Shown: positions 1 through 7,996 of the stretch, piece by piece | Layout of the letters: every line of letters starts with the position of its first letter | How positions within the stretch are numbered: the stretch's first letter is position 1 | Source of the DNA: Candidatus Baldrarchaeum yapensis | GTDB taxonomy: Archaea > Asgardarchaeota > Baldrarchaeia > Baldrarchaeales > Baldrarchaeaceae | Direction: 5' to 3' | Assembly: GCA_016840465.1 (NCBI GenBank) | Contig: JAEOSH010000029.1 | Span: 1 to 24,744, forward strand | DNA: 24,744 bases | The notes under the pieces: model-generated | Told to the model about the DNA's origin: nothing | What the model saw: only the letters and a program-made list of their open reading frames with translations | Database searches by the model: none | Translations under genes and position numbers: made by a program

Positions 1-43
1 GAGGGGTGGGTTTCACGAATAGGGGAGGGCGTGAGGGTCGAAA

Positions 44-1042
44 ATGCCTGAGATAAAAACTCTAAGGTTCGCGATGGAACTTCGATGGAACCCCGTGCTT
101 GGAGAATGGGTAATAGTCGCAGCCCACAGGCAATTCAGACCGTGGCAACCGAAGACGGGGTGTCCCTTCTGTCCAACTGGGGATGAAATCGGAAAATGGG
201 AAGTACGCGTTGTTAAGAACAAATACCCCGCACTGGTCGAGGAGCCACCGCCGCCGTTCTCCTCACCAAAACCACCTTACGAGGTAAGAGAGGCGCGCGG
301 GATCTGTGAGGTTGTGGTGGAAACGCAATCTCATGAGGGCGACCTCTGCGACCTGTCAGCGGAAAACATGAGAAAGGTCATAGACGTGTTTGCGGAGAGA
401 TACCGGGATCTCGGGTCCAAGGACTTCGTAAAATACGTTTTCATTTTCAGAAACAAGGGCACCGTGATAGGGGTCTCCCTGCACCACCCCCACTCTCAGA
501 TATATGCGTTGCCCTTCATACCCCCTAAGATAGGGAGAGAGATGGAAAATGCGCGAAAGTACTACGAGAAGCACCGGAGATGTCTCTTCTGTGACATTAT
601 TTCCGCCGAGATCGAAAGCGGCGAAAGGATAGTATATGCCGACCGGGAAATGGTCGCATTCGTCCCGTACTCTGCGATGTGGCCATATGAGGTCCACATA
701 TACCCAAGGAGGCACGTGCAGTCCCTCTTAGAGATGAAGGATGATGAAAGAGATGCCCTCGCAAGGGCGTTGAGGGTGATAACCGCCACCTATAATGCTC
801 TCTTCGATTTCAGCATGCCCTACATAATGGTGATACACCAGGCGCCGACGGACGGCGGGAACTACGAATATTATCACATGCACGTGGAGTTCTATCCACC
901 GTATAGGGACAAGGAGAGGTTAAAGCATCCCGCGGGAGTGGAATGGGGCGCCGGAACCTTTACCTATGATGGGGTCCCAGAAATTCGGGCAAAAGAGCTG
1001 AGGGATGCATGCAAAAGGGCGCTCAGGAACCTAAAACTATGA
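44..1042 (+). CDS. galT: Galactose-1-phosphate uridylyltransferase (GalT, HIT superfamily)
   Basis: ELRWNPVLGEWVIVA start motif, RPWQP, CPFCP Zn site, VKNKYP, catalytic HPHSQ, WPYEVHIYP, HMHVEFYPP. The start could alternatively be the ATG at 74. Confidence 0.95.
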   Translation: MPEIKTLRFAMELRWNPVLGEWVIVAAHRQFRPWQPKTGCPFCPTGDEIGKWEVRVVKNKYPALVEEPPPPFSSPKPPYEVREARGICEVVVETQSHEGDLCDLSAENMRKVIDVFAERYRDLGSKDFVKYVFIFRNKGTVIGVSLHHPHSQIYALPFIPPKIGREMENARKYYEKHRRCLFCDIISAEIESGERIVYADREMVAFVPYSAMWPYEVHIYPRRHVQSLLEMKDDERDALARALRVITATYNALFDFSMPYIMVIHQAPTDGGNYEYYHMHVEFYPPYRDKERLKHPAGVEWGAGTFTYDGVPEIRAKELRDACKRALRNLKL

Positions 1043-1180
1043 ACGGAATATCCTGAAGTGATGTGCAAGAACCTCAATTTTTCTTGAGGTGCCCACCTCA
1101 ACCGGAATAGAACTGAGCGCTAATAAATCCGACATTATAATCCTTATTCTCGAGAAATGAGCAATCGGTGGTGATCGACC

Positions 1181-1522
1181 TTGAAAGACGCGTTAAAGCC
1201 GATAATAGTGACAGAGTTGATTCTCCTGTTGCTGATCAACGTCGCAGTTATAATGGCAGTGGCGCGGGCCATGCGCAATTCCCATCCGATCACACCTCTC
1301 TCCGGAGATGACGAACACGAGAAGGAAGAGGAGCATGAAAAGGAGGAAGTAGAGATAAAGGATATGGAGGAACAATCCGAGATCACGATGAAGGTGGGGG
1401 AGGACAAGATTTCCATAGAAAGTCCCGACAACAAGATACTCTTCCGCACGGACAGACTGAGGCTTAAGTTCGAGTACTATTCCACATTTTGTGACGGATC
1501 CTCGCCATATGCAGGTGAATGA
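1181..1522 (+). CDS. Small membrane-anchored hypothetical protein with acidic/His-rich linker
   Basis: TTG start preceded by GGTGAT. One N-terminal hydrophobic helix (IIVTELILLLLINVAVIMAVA), then DDEHEKEEEHEKEE. Purine-rich coding strand. Confidence 0.7.
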   Translation: MKDALKPIIVTELILLLLINVAVIMAVARAMRNSHPITPLSGDDEHEKEEEHEKEEVEIKDMEEQSEITMKVGEDKISIESPDNKILFRTDRLRLKFEYYSTFCDGSSPYAGE

Positions 1523-1683
1523 GATGCTGTCGATGGCGGTTAACAGTATTACAGGTATGCGGCCTGTGGATACTGATCGTGGGAATAATAGCGAGCGCCG
1601 GAATCTCTAAAAGAAGGGCGGCGCTGCCTCCACTCATAATACAGTATCTTGGTGCACTCCTCCTGCTGTACTTCTTCCCATAA
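1519..1683 (+). CDS. Unlisted 54-aa two-TM membrane protein (MRCCRWRLTVLQVCGLWILIVGIIASAGISKRRAALPPLIIQYLGALLLLYFFP)
   Basis: Translated by hand. ATGA overlap with the upstream stop, AGGTGA SD just upstream, two hydrophobic segments separated by KRR. Below the 60-aa cutoff of the ORF track. Confidence 0.6.
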   Translation: MRCCRWRLTVLQVCGLWILIVGIIASAGISKRRAALPPLIIQYLGALLLLYFFP

Positions 1684-1748
1684 TGAGTCTTTAATGCTCA
1701 TGCAGGCATATCTTTTGATCATATATGCATTTTCTCCTTGTAACCTTC

Positions 1749-2285
1749 TTAAAGTTCCTCCACAACAATTCCGTTAGTCCGGAGCGCAAGCGTTACAATC
1801 CTCTTTACCTCCTCGGCCATGACCCTCCTGAACGTAAATATAGTCCTTCCCTCGCGGTCCCTTATGCGCACCGTCGAGAGTCTAGGGGCCGCCGCCGTGA
1901 GACCCTTTGTTATCCCGGCAATTATCCATCTCAATATTGTCCTTTTACCTGCCTTTTCCTCTTCTAAGAATACGCGCCTCGGAACTGCACTTATATCGAC
2001 GACTCTCACCACTCTGCCCCTCCTCACCTCGATAAGCCTCCTGTTCGTTACGAGATACGCACTGAATTCGCTGACACGACGCATCCCCTTCATCATCAGA
2101 ATGAATCCCAGCAGGAAGAATAAAAGAGCATACATTGTGTACTGCAAGAGCGCCACGCCGAAGAACATGAGAAGTGCCGATATTATCATTATTACGAACG
2201 CTAAGGAGTTGAAAATGCTCTCCCTGCCTTTCCAGATCACTTTCTCTCCGGGAGCCAAGGAAAGAATTCGCATTTTTGACGCCAC
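1749..2285 (-). CDS. Membrane protein with bacterial-PH (bPH)-like domain
   Basis: GEKVIWKGR start, two TM helices, then YLVTNRRLI, a pattern typical of bPH-domain membrane proteins. Start is GTG 2285 or ATG 2273. Confidence 0.7.
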   Translation of the reverse strand: MASKMRILSLAPGEKVIWKGRESIFNSLAFVIMIISALLMFFGVALLQYTMYALLFFLLGFILMMKGMRRVSEFSAYLVTNRRLIEVRRGRVVRVVDISAVPRRVFLEEEKAGKRTILRWIIAGITKGLTAAAPRLSTVRIRDREGRTIFTFRRVMAEEVKRIVTLALRTNGIVVEEL

Positions 2286-2529
2286 AACTTATTCGTAAAA
2301 TCCTGCTTTTAACCTTGTCATATAGGAAGTTTGAATGAGAGAAAGGAAGAAAGAGCGGTTTCTCTTAAATCCTCATAAGCAGACCCATAACCTTCGTCAA
2401 CAGGAAACCTGAATCTCAAGAAGTTCAGAACCATTATGAGCTTCGATATTTATATCGGGAATCCGCATGGACAACGATTATATTTTTCTATTTTCTCTTA
2501 TTTTATGAAATTGTGAAAGGTGGATAGAA

Positions 2530-3042
2530 GTGCTCGTGAGCCATATTCGCTCAATCCCTCGAGTGTTGGAGATGATTTTCGAAAGAAAGGGTGCAATTAA
2601 GGTGCTAATGCTATTAATGATAGCGGAAGACGGAGCAAACGCGTTGGATATTTCTAAGAAACTAGGGCTACCCCTCGCAACCGTTTACAAGTATCTTAGG
2701 GAGCTGGAGGAGATGGGACTCGTAAAAAGGAAGAGCGTGGGCGGCAAGAGGGTATTTGTGAGCAAAGATTTTAGATTGAGAATTCAGTGGAGGGCGGATG
2801 GGGAGGAGCTTGAGTTTATGATATCCCCGAAGAACCTTGTATGCTTTCTTGCGATGGAAAGTCCCGATGTCTCCTATTTCATTGAGAGAAGGGGTCTGAG
2901 AAAGTTTCTGGAGTTTACGAGGCTGTATGAGGATTACGTTGACGGCAGGCTCACGCTCTCCATGATGGCGAGGATCCTCGGCGTGACGACGATGGAGGTT
3001 GCCGTTTTAATCGACGAGGTAGAGGCGGTTGCAACAGTATGA
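2530..3042 (+). CDS. Winged-HTH protein (ArsR/TrmB-like N-terminus) with UPF0175-like C-terminus; putative antitoxin/regulator
   Basis: ALDISKKLGLPLATVYKYLRELEEMGLV is a wHTH. LYEDYVDGRLTLSMMARILGV resembles UPF0175. Overlaps the downstream PIN gene by 14 nt. Confidence 0.8.
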   Translation: MLVSHIRSIPRVLEMIFERKGAIKVLMLLMIAEDGANALDISKKLGLPLATVYKYLRELEEMGLVKRKSVGGKRVFVSKDFRLRIQWRADGEELEFMISPKNLVCFLAMESPDVSYFIERRGLRKFLEFTRLYEDYVDGRLTLSMMARILGVTTMEVAVLIDEVEAVATV

Positions 3043-3523
3043 CTATTTAGTTGCGGATACGAGTTTCCTGGTGCATTTGGACAGAAGGGGGAGGGAGAAG
3101 CTAAGAGATCTTCTGATGAGAATTTTACGTGAGTTGAATGTGCGTCACGAGAAGATCATAATACCGCCAGTTGTAAAGCTAGAACTCGTGGATCAACCTC
3201 TTGAGCGGAGGATATATTTAGATTCGGTCGGCAGGTTTCAAGACCTCATAAATGAGGGCATTATTGAAGCGAGACGCATTGATTATGGGGATCCAAGAAT
3301 TTCCAAAGTTAGTGACGAGGCTCGGAGGTATCTAGCTAAGAAGGCGGGAAAATACGAGCACCTCGTTGAAAAGGCAGATATCGAGGTAATTGCACTGACC
3401 TTCAATTTGGTCTTCGAGGGGCACAGCGTCGTTGTTGCCGTCAGGGATAAGGCCCTTAAGGAGGTTCTACAAGCATCACTCAGGGTTCATAAACTCGCTA
3501 TTAAGGTTAAAATATTCGACTGA
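3029..3523 (+). CDS. PIN-domain protein (VapC / DUF3368-like)
   Basis: YLVADTSFL (first PIN Asp), IIIPPVVKLEL, ADIEVIAL, VRDKAL. TTG start. Confidence 0.85.
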   Translation: MQQYDYLVADTSFLVHLDRRGREKLRDLLMRILRELNVRHEKIIIPPVVKLELVDQPLERRIYLDSVGRFQDLINEGIIEARRIDYGDPRISKVSDEARRYLAKKAGKYEHLVEKADIEVIALTFNLVFEGHSVVVAVRDKALKEVLQASLRVHKLAIKVKIFD

Positions 3524-3654
3524 CAGCGTATGACCTCACTTAAACCAAAGTTTCAGCGGTTTAGAGCCTTATGAGTGAACGAATTACCGCTATCAAAACA
3601 TTAATGACAACGATCATGCCGATTTCGATCCAAATTTTATAATGTTCAGGAAGT

Positions 3655-4767
3655 GTGATCATGCCCGAAGGTGGAGTCTTCAGGAAGAGAGTGGGGGAAT
3701 TCCAAAAACTGTTGAGAGAAAATGGTATCGACGCGGCCATGATAAGAACGCTTTCATCCTTCATCTACTTTACCGGCGTTAAGTGGCTCAGGCCAGCGCT
3801 GCTGATACCCGCCGATGGAGATCCGATTGCCTTCATTTTCGAATATGAGGCGGAGGAGTTCCGTGAGAGGACGTGGATAGAGGATGTGAGAACGTGGAGG
3901 AGGACCCCGGAGCTCATGAAATCCGTCACGGGAACAATAAAGGAGAGGAAGTGTAAGAGAGTTGGTTTCGACTATAGCGTGGAGCGGGACTCCTACGTCC
4001 TCTTCTTCGAACTGTTCAAGACGCTCAACCCGAGGGTGGAAGTGGTCGATGTGCACGGCCTCATCATGAAACTCAGGATGGTAAAGGATACCACGGAGAT
4101 TGAATACATACAGAAGGCATCAAATATCGCGGTCAAAGGGATGTCCTCGGCCGTGGATGCAGTCGATGTCAATGTGAGCGAGGTGGAAATTGCCGCCGAG
4201 GCCTACTATGCAATGATGAAGAGCGGATCGGAACATCCTCATGTTTACGTAAATATTGGACCGAGACCGAGGGTGCATGCGGAGCCCCGCGCCGACATTA
4301 AGGTAAAACCTGGAGACACAGTCAACATAGTGGTCGGTGCGGACTATATGAACTATCACAGCAACATGAGCAGAACGGTATTCGTGGGTTCTCCCTCCAA
4401 GGATAAAAGAAGGGCTCTTGAGGCGGTTATCGAGGCGCAGAGTCTAGCAATGGAGTCGCTCAAGCCGGGGGTCAAGCTTATTGATGTCGAGAAGAAGATA
4501 AGGGAGTTAATTGAAGAAAGAGGGATTGGAAAGTACTATGTGGAAGGATTTGCACACGGAGTCGGACTTCTCGTGGAGGAGGATCCAATAACAACAATTG
4601 TTGTCAAGCACCGACAGTATGAGGTCGTTGAGAACATGGTTCTTGCTTTCATACACGCGCCGCTGACAGTTCCCGGCGTGGGCTCCGTAAAATGCGAGGA
4701 CACCTTCGTGATAAGGGCCGATGGCACCAAGAGGTTCGTGGAGTACGATTATGAACTGATAAAGTAA
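3655..4767 (+). CDS. Peptidase M24 (Xaa-Pro peptidase/creatinase fold) family protein with non-canonical metal ligands
   Basis: Creatinase-type N-domain, LRMVKDTTEIEYI, HGVGL, VKCEDT. Three of five prolidase metal ligands are substituted. Confidence 0.9.
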   Translation: MIMPEGGVFRKRVGEFQKLLRENGIDAAMIRTLSSFIYFTGVKWLRPALLIPADGDPIAFIFEYEAEEFRERTWIEDVRTWRRTPELMKSVTGTIKERKCKRVGFDYSVERDSYVLFFELFKTLNPRVEVVDVHGLIMKLRMVKDTTEIEYIQKASNIAVKGMSSAVDAVDVNVSEVEIAAEAYYAMMKSGSEHPHVYVNIGPRPRVHAEPRADIKVKPGDTVNIVVGADYMNYHSNMSRTVFVGSPSKDKRRALEAVIEAQSLAMESLKPGVKLIDVEKKIRELIEERGIGKYYVEGFAHGVGLLVEEDPITTIVVKHRQYEVVENMVLAFIHAPLTVPGVGSVKCEDTFVIRADGTKRFVEYDYELIK

Positions 4768-4828
4768 CAACGTTTTTCTCCTTTACTGCCAATTTTATAT
4801 AGACCAGCCCGTTGGTGTGATGGGACCC

Positions 4829-5113
4829 ATGTCGAATATCAAACCTAGGGATGTAACTGGCCTCTTAGAAAAACTGAGCAGGGCCGGATATGAGATCAGG
4901 AGGCACTGTTGTGACCACTACATCGGCGATGGTGAGAGGTTGATATGTGCATTTGCAATCTATCCCTGCTGGGGCGAAATCAGAATATACGATCTGACGG
5001 AGGGAAATTTGCCCAAGAAGGTCACCAAAATCTTCAAAGAATTCGCCGATAGCCACTCATTAAAACTGATAATTAAGGGCGTGAGGCGGAGTTTCGGGAT
5101 ATTGCGCTGCTGA
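4829..5113 (+). CDS. Small Cys/His-containing hypothetical protein (weak HicA-like N-terminus)
   Basis: TATA-like TTTTATATA at 4793-4801 and GGTGTGA SD before ATG 4829 (ORF track start 4817). KPRDVTGLLEKL..GYEIRRHCCDHYI. Confidence 0.7.
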   Translation: MSNIKPRDVTGLLEKLSRAGYEIRRHCCDHYIGDGERLICAFAIYPCWGEIRIYDLTEGNLPKKVTKIFKEFADSHSLKLIIKGVRRSFGILRC

Positions 5114-5188
5114 AGACCCGGAACTCCTCTAACACTTTATTTCCAAAGCCTTTGATGAGAGCTGAGGTTGCAGTTTTGCAGCATCGAG

Positions 5189-6541
5189 TCAACTTATCTC
5201 CGAGGAGGATTCCTCATCCCCGCCTTTTGCCTTCTGATCCTCCGGCTTTAGGACCGATAGAAGATTCAGGAGCATATCCACCATCGGTCCGACCTTTCCA
5301 TCACACTCCTTCACAAATTTCGTGATGGTATCCCTCAGGGGCTCATCACTCCTCCCCATAACCTCTGAGACTATTTTTAGCAGTAAGGTCGTGGCGGTGT
5401 ACTGATCTAAGGGTTTAAGGTCGATGATTCTTGCATTCGCTCCAAAAATGTAGGGAAGCTCCGAGGACAATTTCTCGAACGTCGATGGGGTGGTCGTTAT
5501 AACGAGCGACGTGAGGGGGACCCGCTTCCTGATAATACTTTCGATGAATTGGAGGATCTCTCTCACCTCTCCTTCCGACGATACCGGAAGTTCAAGGAAC
5601 TCGTCAATCATCAAAACCAAGCGCCTTATGGCTCTCGCCCTCACAAGTCGCCCCATTAGCGCCCCTAACCCCTTTACCACACCCTCAACGCCGCTGACAG
5701 ATCCGTAGCTTTCCATGAACTTCTTGACGAGATCCTTTATCCTGTCGTGTTTTGACATTTCACCCAATATCCGATAGTACATGTCGGATAAACTCTGACA
5801 AGTGGACGGTGAAATGTAAACGGCCACAACATCTGGTATCTCTCTCAAGATCTTCCAATACGCGTAGAATAGAAGATAAGACTTCCCAGAACCGTAAGGT
5901 CCCCTGATAATTAGTATGCGCGGTTCCCTCCCGCCCGGCGCACCTTTCACAAGAGCGAGCAGTTCCCGTAAGTGTTCACCAAAGAGGGCATCAAAAAATC
6001 CACCCACTTTGCCCCACTTCTCCATCAAAACTCTGGTAAATATGCTTAGTAAGTGAGCGTGGAAAAGTGCATAAGCCTCAGACTCCGGTAGCGATCTGCC
6101 AATCTTCCTCATACCTTCCTCAAAGAGAATACCCTCACGCCTGCGGTTTTTGACGAATTTCAAAGGGAGCATCTTGCTAAAGGCAGCGACGGGGATTATG
6201 CGAACTCTGTAGGGTAGCACCTTGAGGCCGGGAATCTCCTCCCCCATTTCTTGGGAGACCCTGATGGCCTCCTGAAGCCCGCGCTCTGTCAGTTTCCAGA
6301 GATACTGCCGTCCCTCGATGAATCTCTCAACCCATCCCATCTCCACGAACTTATTCAATCTCCTGAGCACTCTTCTAAGATCAGCGGTACCTCTCTCGCG
6401 TGATGCAGTACTCATGCCGAGTGCTGTGAGAATCCTCGTAGTGGGGACAAGTTTCGGCTCCGGGGTCGAAAAAGATAGTAGAGTCTCGAGTATTCTGCAA
6501 GATAGCATATCTAATCTAATTTTATTATTAGTATTGGCCAT
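5189..6541 (-). CDS. N-terminal winged-HTH + P-loop (AAA/STAND-like) ATPase
   Basis: wHTH LRRVLRRLNKFVEMGWVERFIEGRQYLWKLTERG, Walker A GPYGSGKS, Walker B LVLMIDE. Start placed at ATG 6541 after a GGTGG SD (ORF track start 6577). Confidence 0.85.
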   Translation of the reverse strand: MANTNNKIRLDMLSCRILETLLSFSTPEPKLVPTTRILTALGMSTASRERGTADLRRVLRRLNKFVEMGWVERFIEGRQYLWKLTERGLQEAIRVSQEMGEEIPGLKVLPYRVRIIPVAAFSKMLPLKFVKNRRREGILFEEGMRKIGRSLPESEAYALFHAHLLSIFTRVLMEKWGKVGGFFDALFGEHLRELLALVKGAPGGREPRILIIRGPYGSGKSYLLFYAYWKILREIPDVVAVYISPSTCQSLSDMYYRILGEMSKHDRIKDLVKKFMESYGSVSGVEGVVKGLGALMGRLVRARAIRRLVLMIDEFLELPVSSEGEVREILQFIESIIRKRVPLTSLVITTTPSTFEKLSSELPYIFGANARIIDLKPLDQYTATTLLLKIVSEVMGRSDEPLRDTITKFVKECDGKVGPMVDMLLNLLSVLKPEDQKAKGGDEESSSEIS

Positions 6542-6740
6542 ACACGCCACCGATCCGCGCTCTGCTCGAAACCCCACGTTGGCAATTGGTGTTGTCTCTC
6601 GTCACCCATCAAATCTATAGCATTTATACCGTTTTTAAGTATTGTTCCACAGTAATATAAGCTTTGAGAGGATAGAAAGTCGTTATAAAAACGTCATAAG
6701 TGGGACGGAAAGCATAATGGAAGTATCGGAACTCATGGAA

Positions 6741-6761
6741 CAATATTTATAAATGATATTG
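6741..6761 (+). promoter_or_regulatory. TATA box (TTTATAAA 6746-6753) flanked by inverted repeat CAATAT-N9-ATATTG, upstream of the AAA/vWA operon
   Basis: Sequence caatatttataaatgatattg, about 35 nt before ATG 6788, which has a GGGGTGAT SD. Confidence 0.55.
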
Positions 6762-6787
6762 GACATATGGATTAGTGGGGTGATCGC

Positions 6788-7996
6788 ATGAGCGCAAGGT
6801 CAAGGAGGGGGGTTCACCCAAGTTTCCCGGTCTCGGAAGATTACAGGAGATCGGCAAATATAACGGTCGTCAGAGTGAATCATAGGGCCCTGGAGCGGTT
6901 GCTTATCCACAATTACAATTGCGGGAAAAACGCCATTTTCATATGGGGAGGAATAGGCATAGGAAAGAGCACGACGGTCAGGAGAACCTCACAAAAGCTT
7001 GCATCCCTCACGAGAAGGGAATTCATCGACTGGAACCGCGCCAACGGTTGTCTCAAGAAGAAGGTCATTGAGGACCCAGGTGAGTACTTTGTCTTCATCG
7101 ACATCAGGCTCTCGCAGTACGACCCCAGCGACCTCAAGGGGTTACCGGATCTGAGATCCGAGTTCGTGACGTGGCGCCCCCCGATGTGGTTCTACATTCT
7201 CACGTTGCCCCAAAGTGCCGGCATCCTTTTCCTCGACGAACTCAATCACGCCCCTCCCATGATACAGTCGGCGGCATTCCAACTGATACTGGACAGATGC
7301 CTCGGTGAATATAGCCTCAGCGACGGGGTAATGGTCGTTGCCGCGGGTAACAGACCTGAGGACAGCACCGCCGTCTTCAAGATGTCCAAGGCTCTCGAAA
7401 ACAGGTTTCTGCACGTGGAACTCAAGGCTCCTACCTTTGAGGAGTGGGAGAAGTGGGCCCTGGAGAACGACATCGACCCGAGGATAATAGCGTTCCTGAG
7501 ACTCAAGCCGGATCTTCTTTACGTGGAAAACGGATCAGGCCCCGCATACCCAACTCCCAGGGCGTGGGAGTTCGCAAGCAACTTAATAAAGGGCGTCGAG
7601 GATCCCGACGATGTTGAGATGTATGTGGCCTCGGCGGTGGGCTTTGGTGCCGCCCGTGAGTTCCGCGAGTTTCTGAGGTTTTCCCAAATAAGGATCGAGG
7701 AGATACTGGAGAATCCGGAGATTCTGAACGAATCTAGATACAGGCGAATGGACGTGAGGGCGGTAATAGCGTACAGCCTCGGGTCGTACTTCAAGATGCA
7801 CAAGACTAGGGATGTCCTGAGGAAGATCATCAGGGTTCTCCGCTACTTCAACCCCGAGTTCCGGATGGTTGTGATAAAGCACCTCAAAATTGTAGATGAG
7901 GGGATGCTCGAGGAGGAGGCGATGGGAAACCCCGAACTTGTGCGAATGCTCGAACTTCTCAATGAGGCGATGGAGGGGGATGGGTATGAAGGTTGA
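6788..7996 (+). CDS. MoxR-related AAA+ ATPase (AAA_5 type)
   Basis: Walker A WGGIGIGKS, DIRLSQYDPSDLKGLP, Walker B ILFLDELN, sensor-I AAGNR, Arg finger ALENRF, sensor-II PTPRAWE, all intact. Confidence 0.93.
   Translation: MSARSRRGVHPSFPVSEDYRRSANITVVRVNHRALERLLIHNYNCGKNAIFIWGGIGIGKSTTVRRTSQKLASLTRREFIDWNRANGCLKKKVIEDPGEYFVFIDIRLSQYDPSDLKGLPDLRSEFVTWRPPMWFYILTLPQSAGILFLDELNHAPPMIQSAAFQLILDRCLGEYSLSDGVMVVAAGNRPEDSTAVFKMSKALENRFLHVELKAPTFEEWEKWALENDIDPRIIAFLRLKPDLLYVENGSGPAYPTPRAWEFASNLIKGVEDPDDVEMYVASAVGFGAAREFREFLRFSQIRIEEILENPEILNESRYRRMDVRAVIAYSLGSYFKMHKTRDVLRKIIRVLRYFNPEFRMVVIKHLKIVDEGMLEEEAMGNPELVRMLELLNEAMEGDGYEG

Noticed and set aside
1-43. 3' end of an upstream gene (possibly galK)
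   Set aside because: Too short to assign a frame or identity.
1819-2298. 159-aa plus-strand ORF; likewise 7583-8149, 15772-16248, 19342-19812 and other antisense ORFs
   Set aside because: Fully overlap better-supported genes on the opposite strand and have shadow-like composition.
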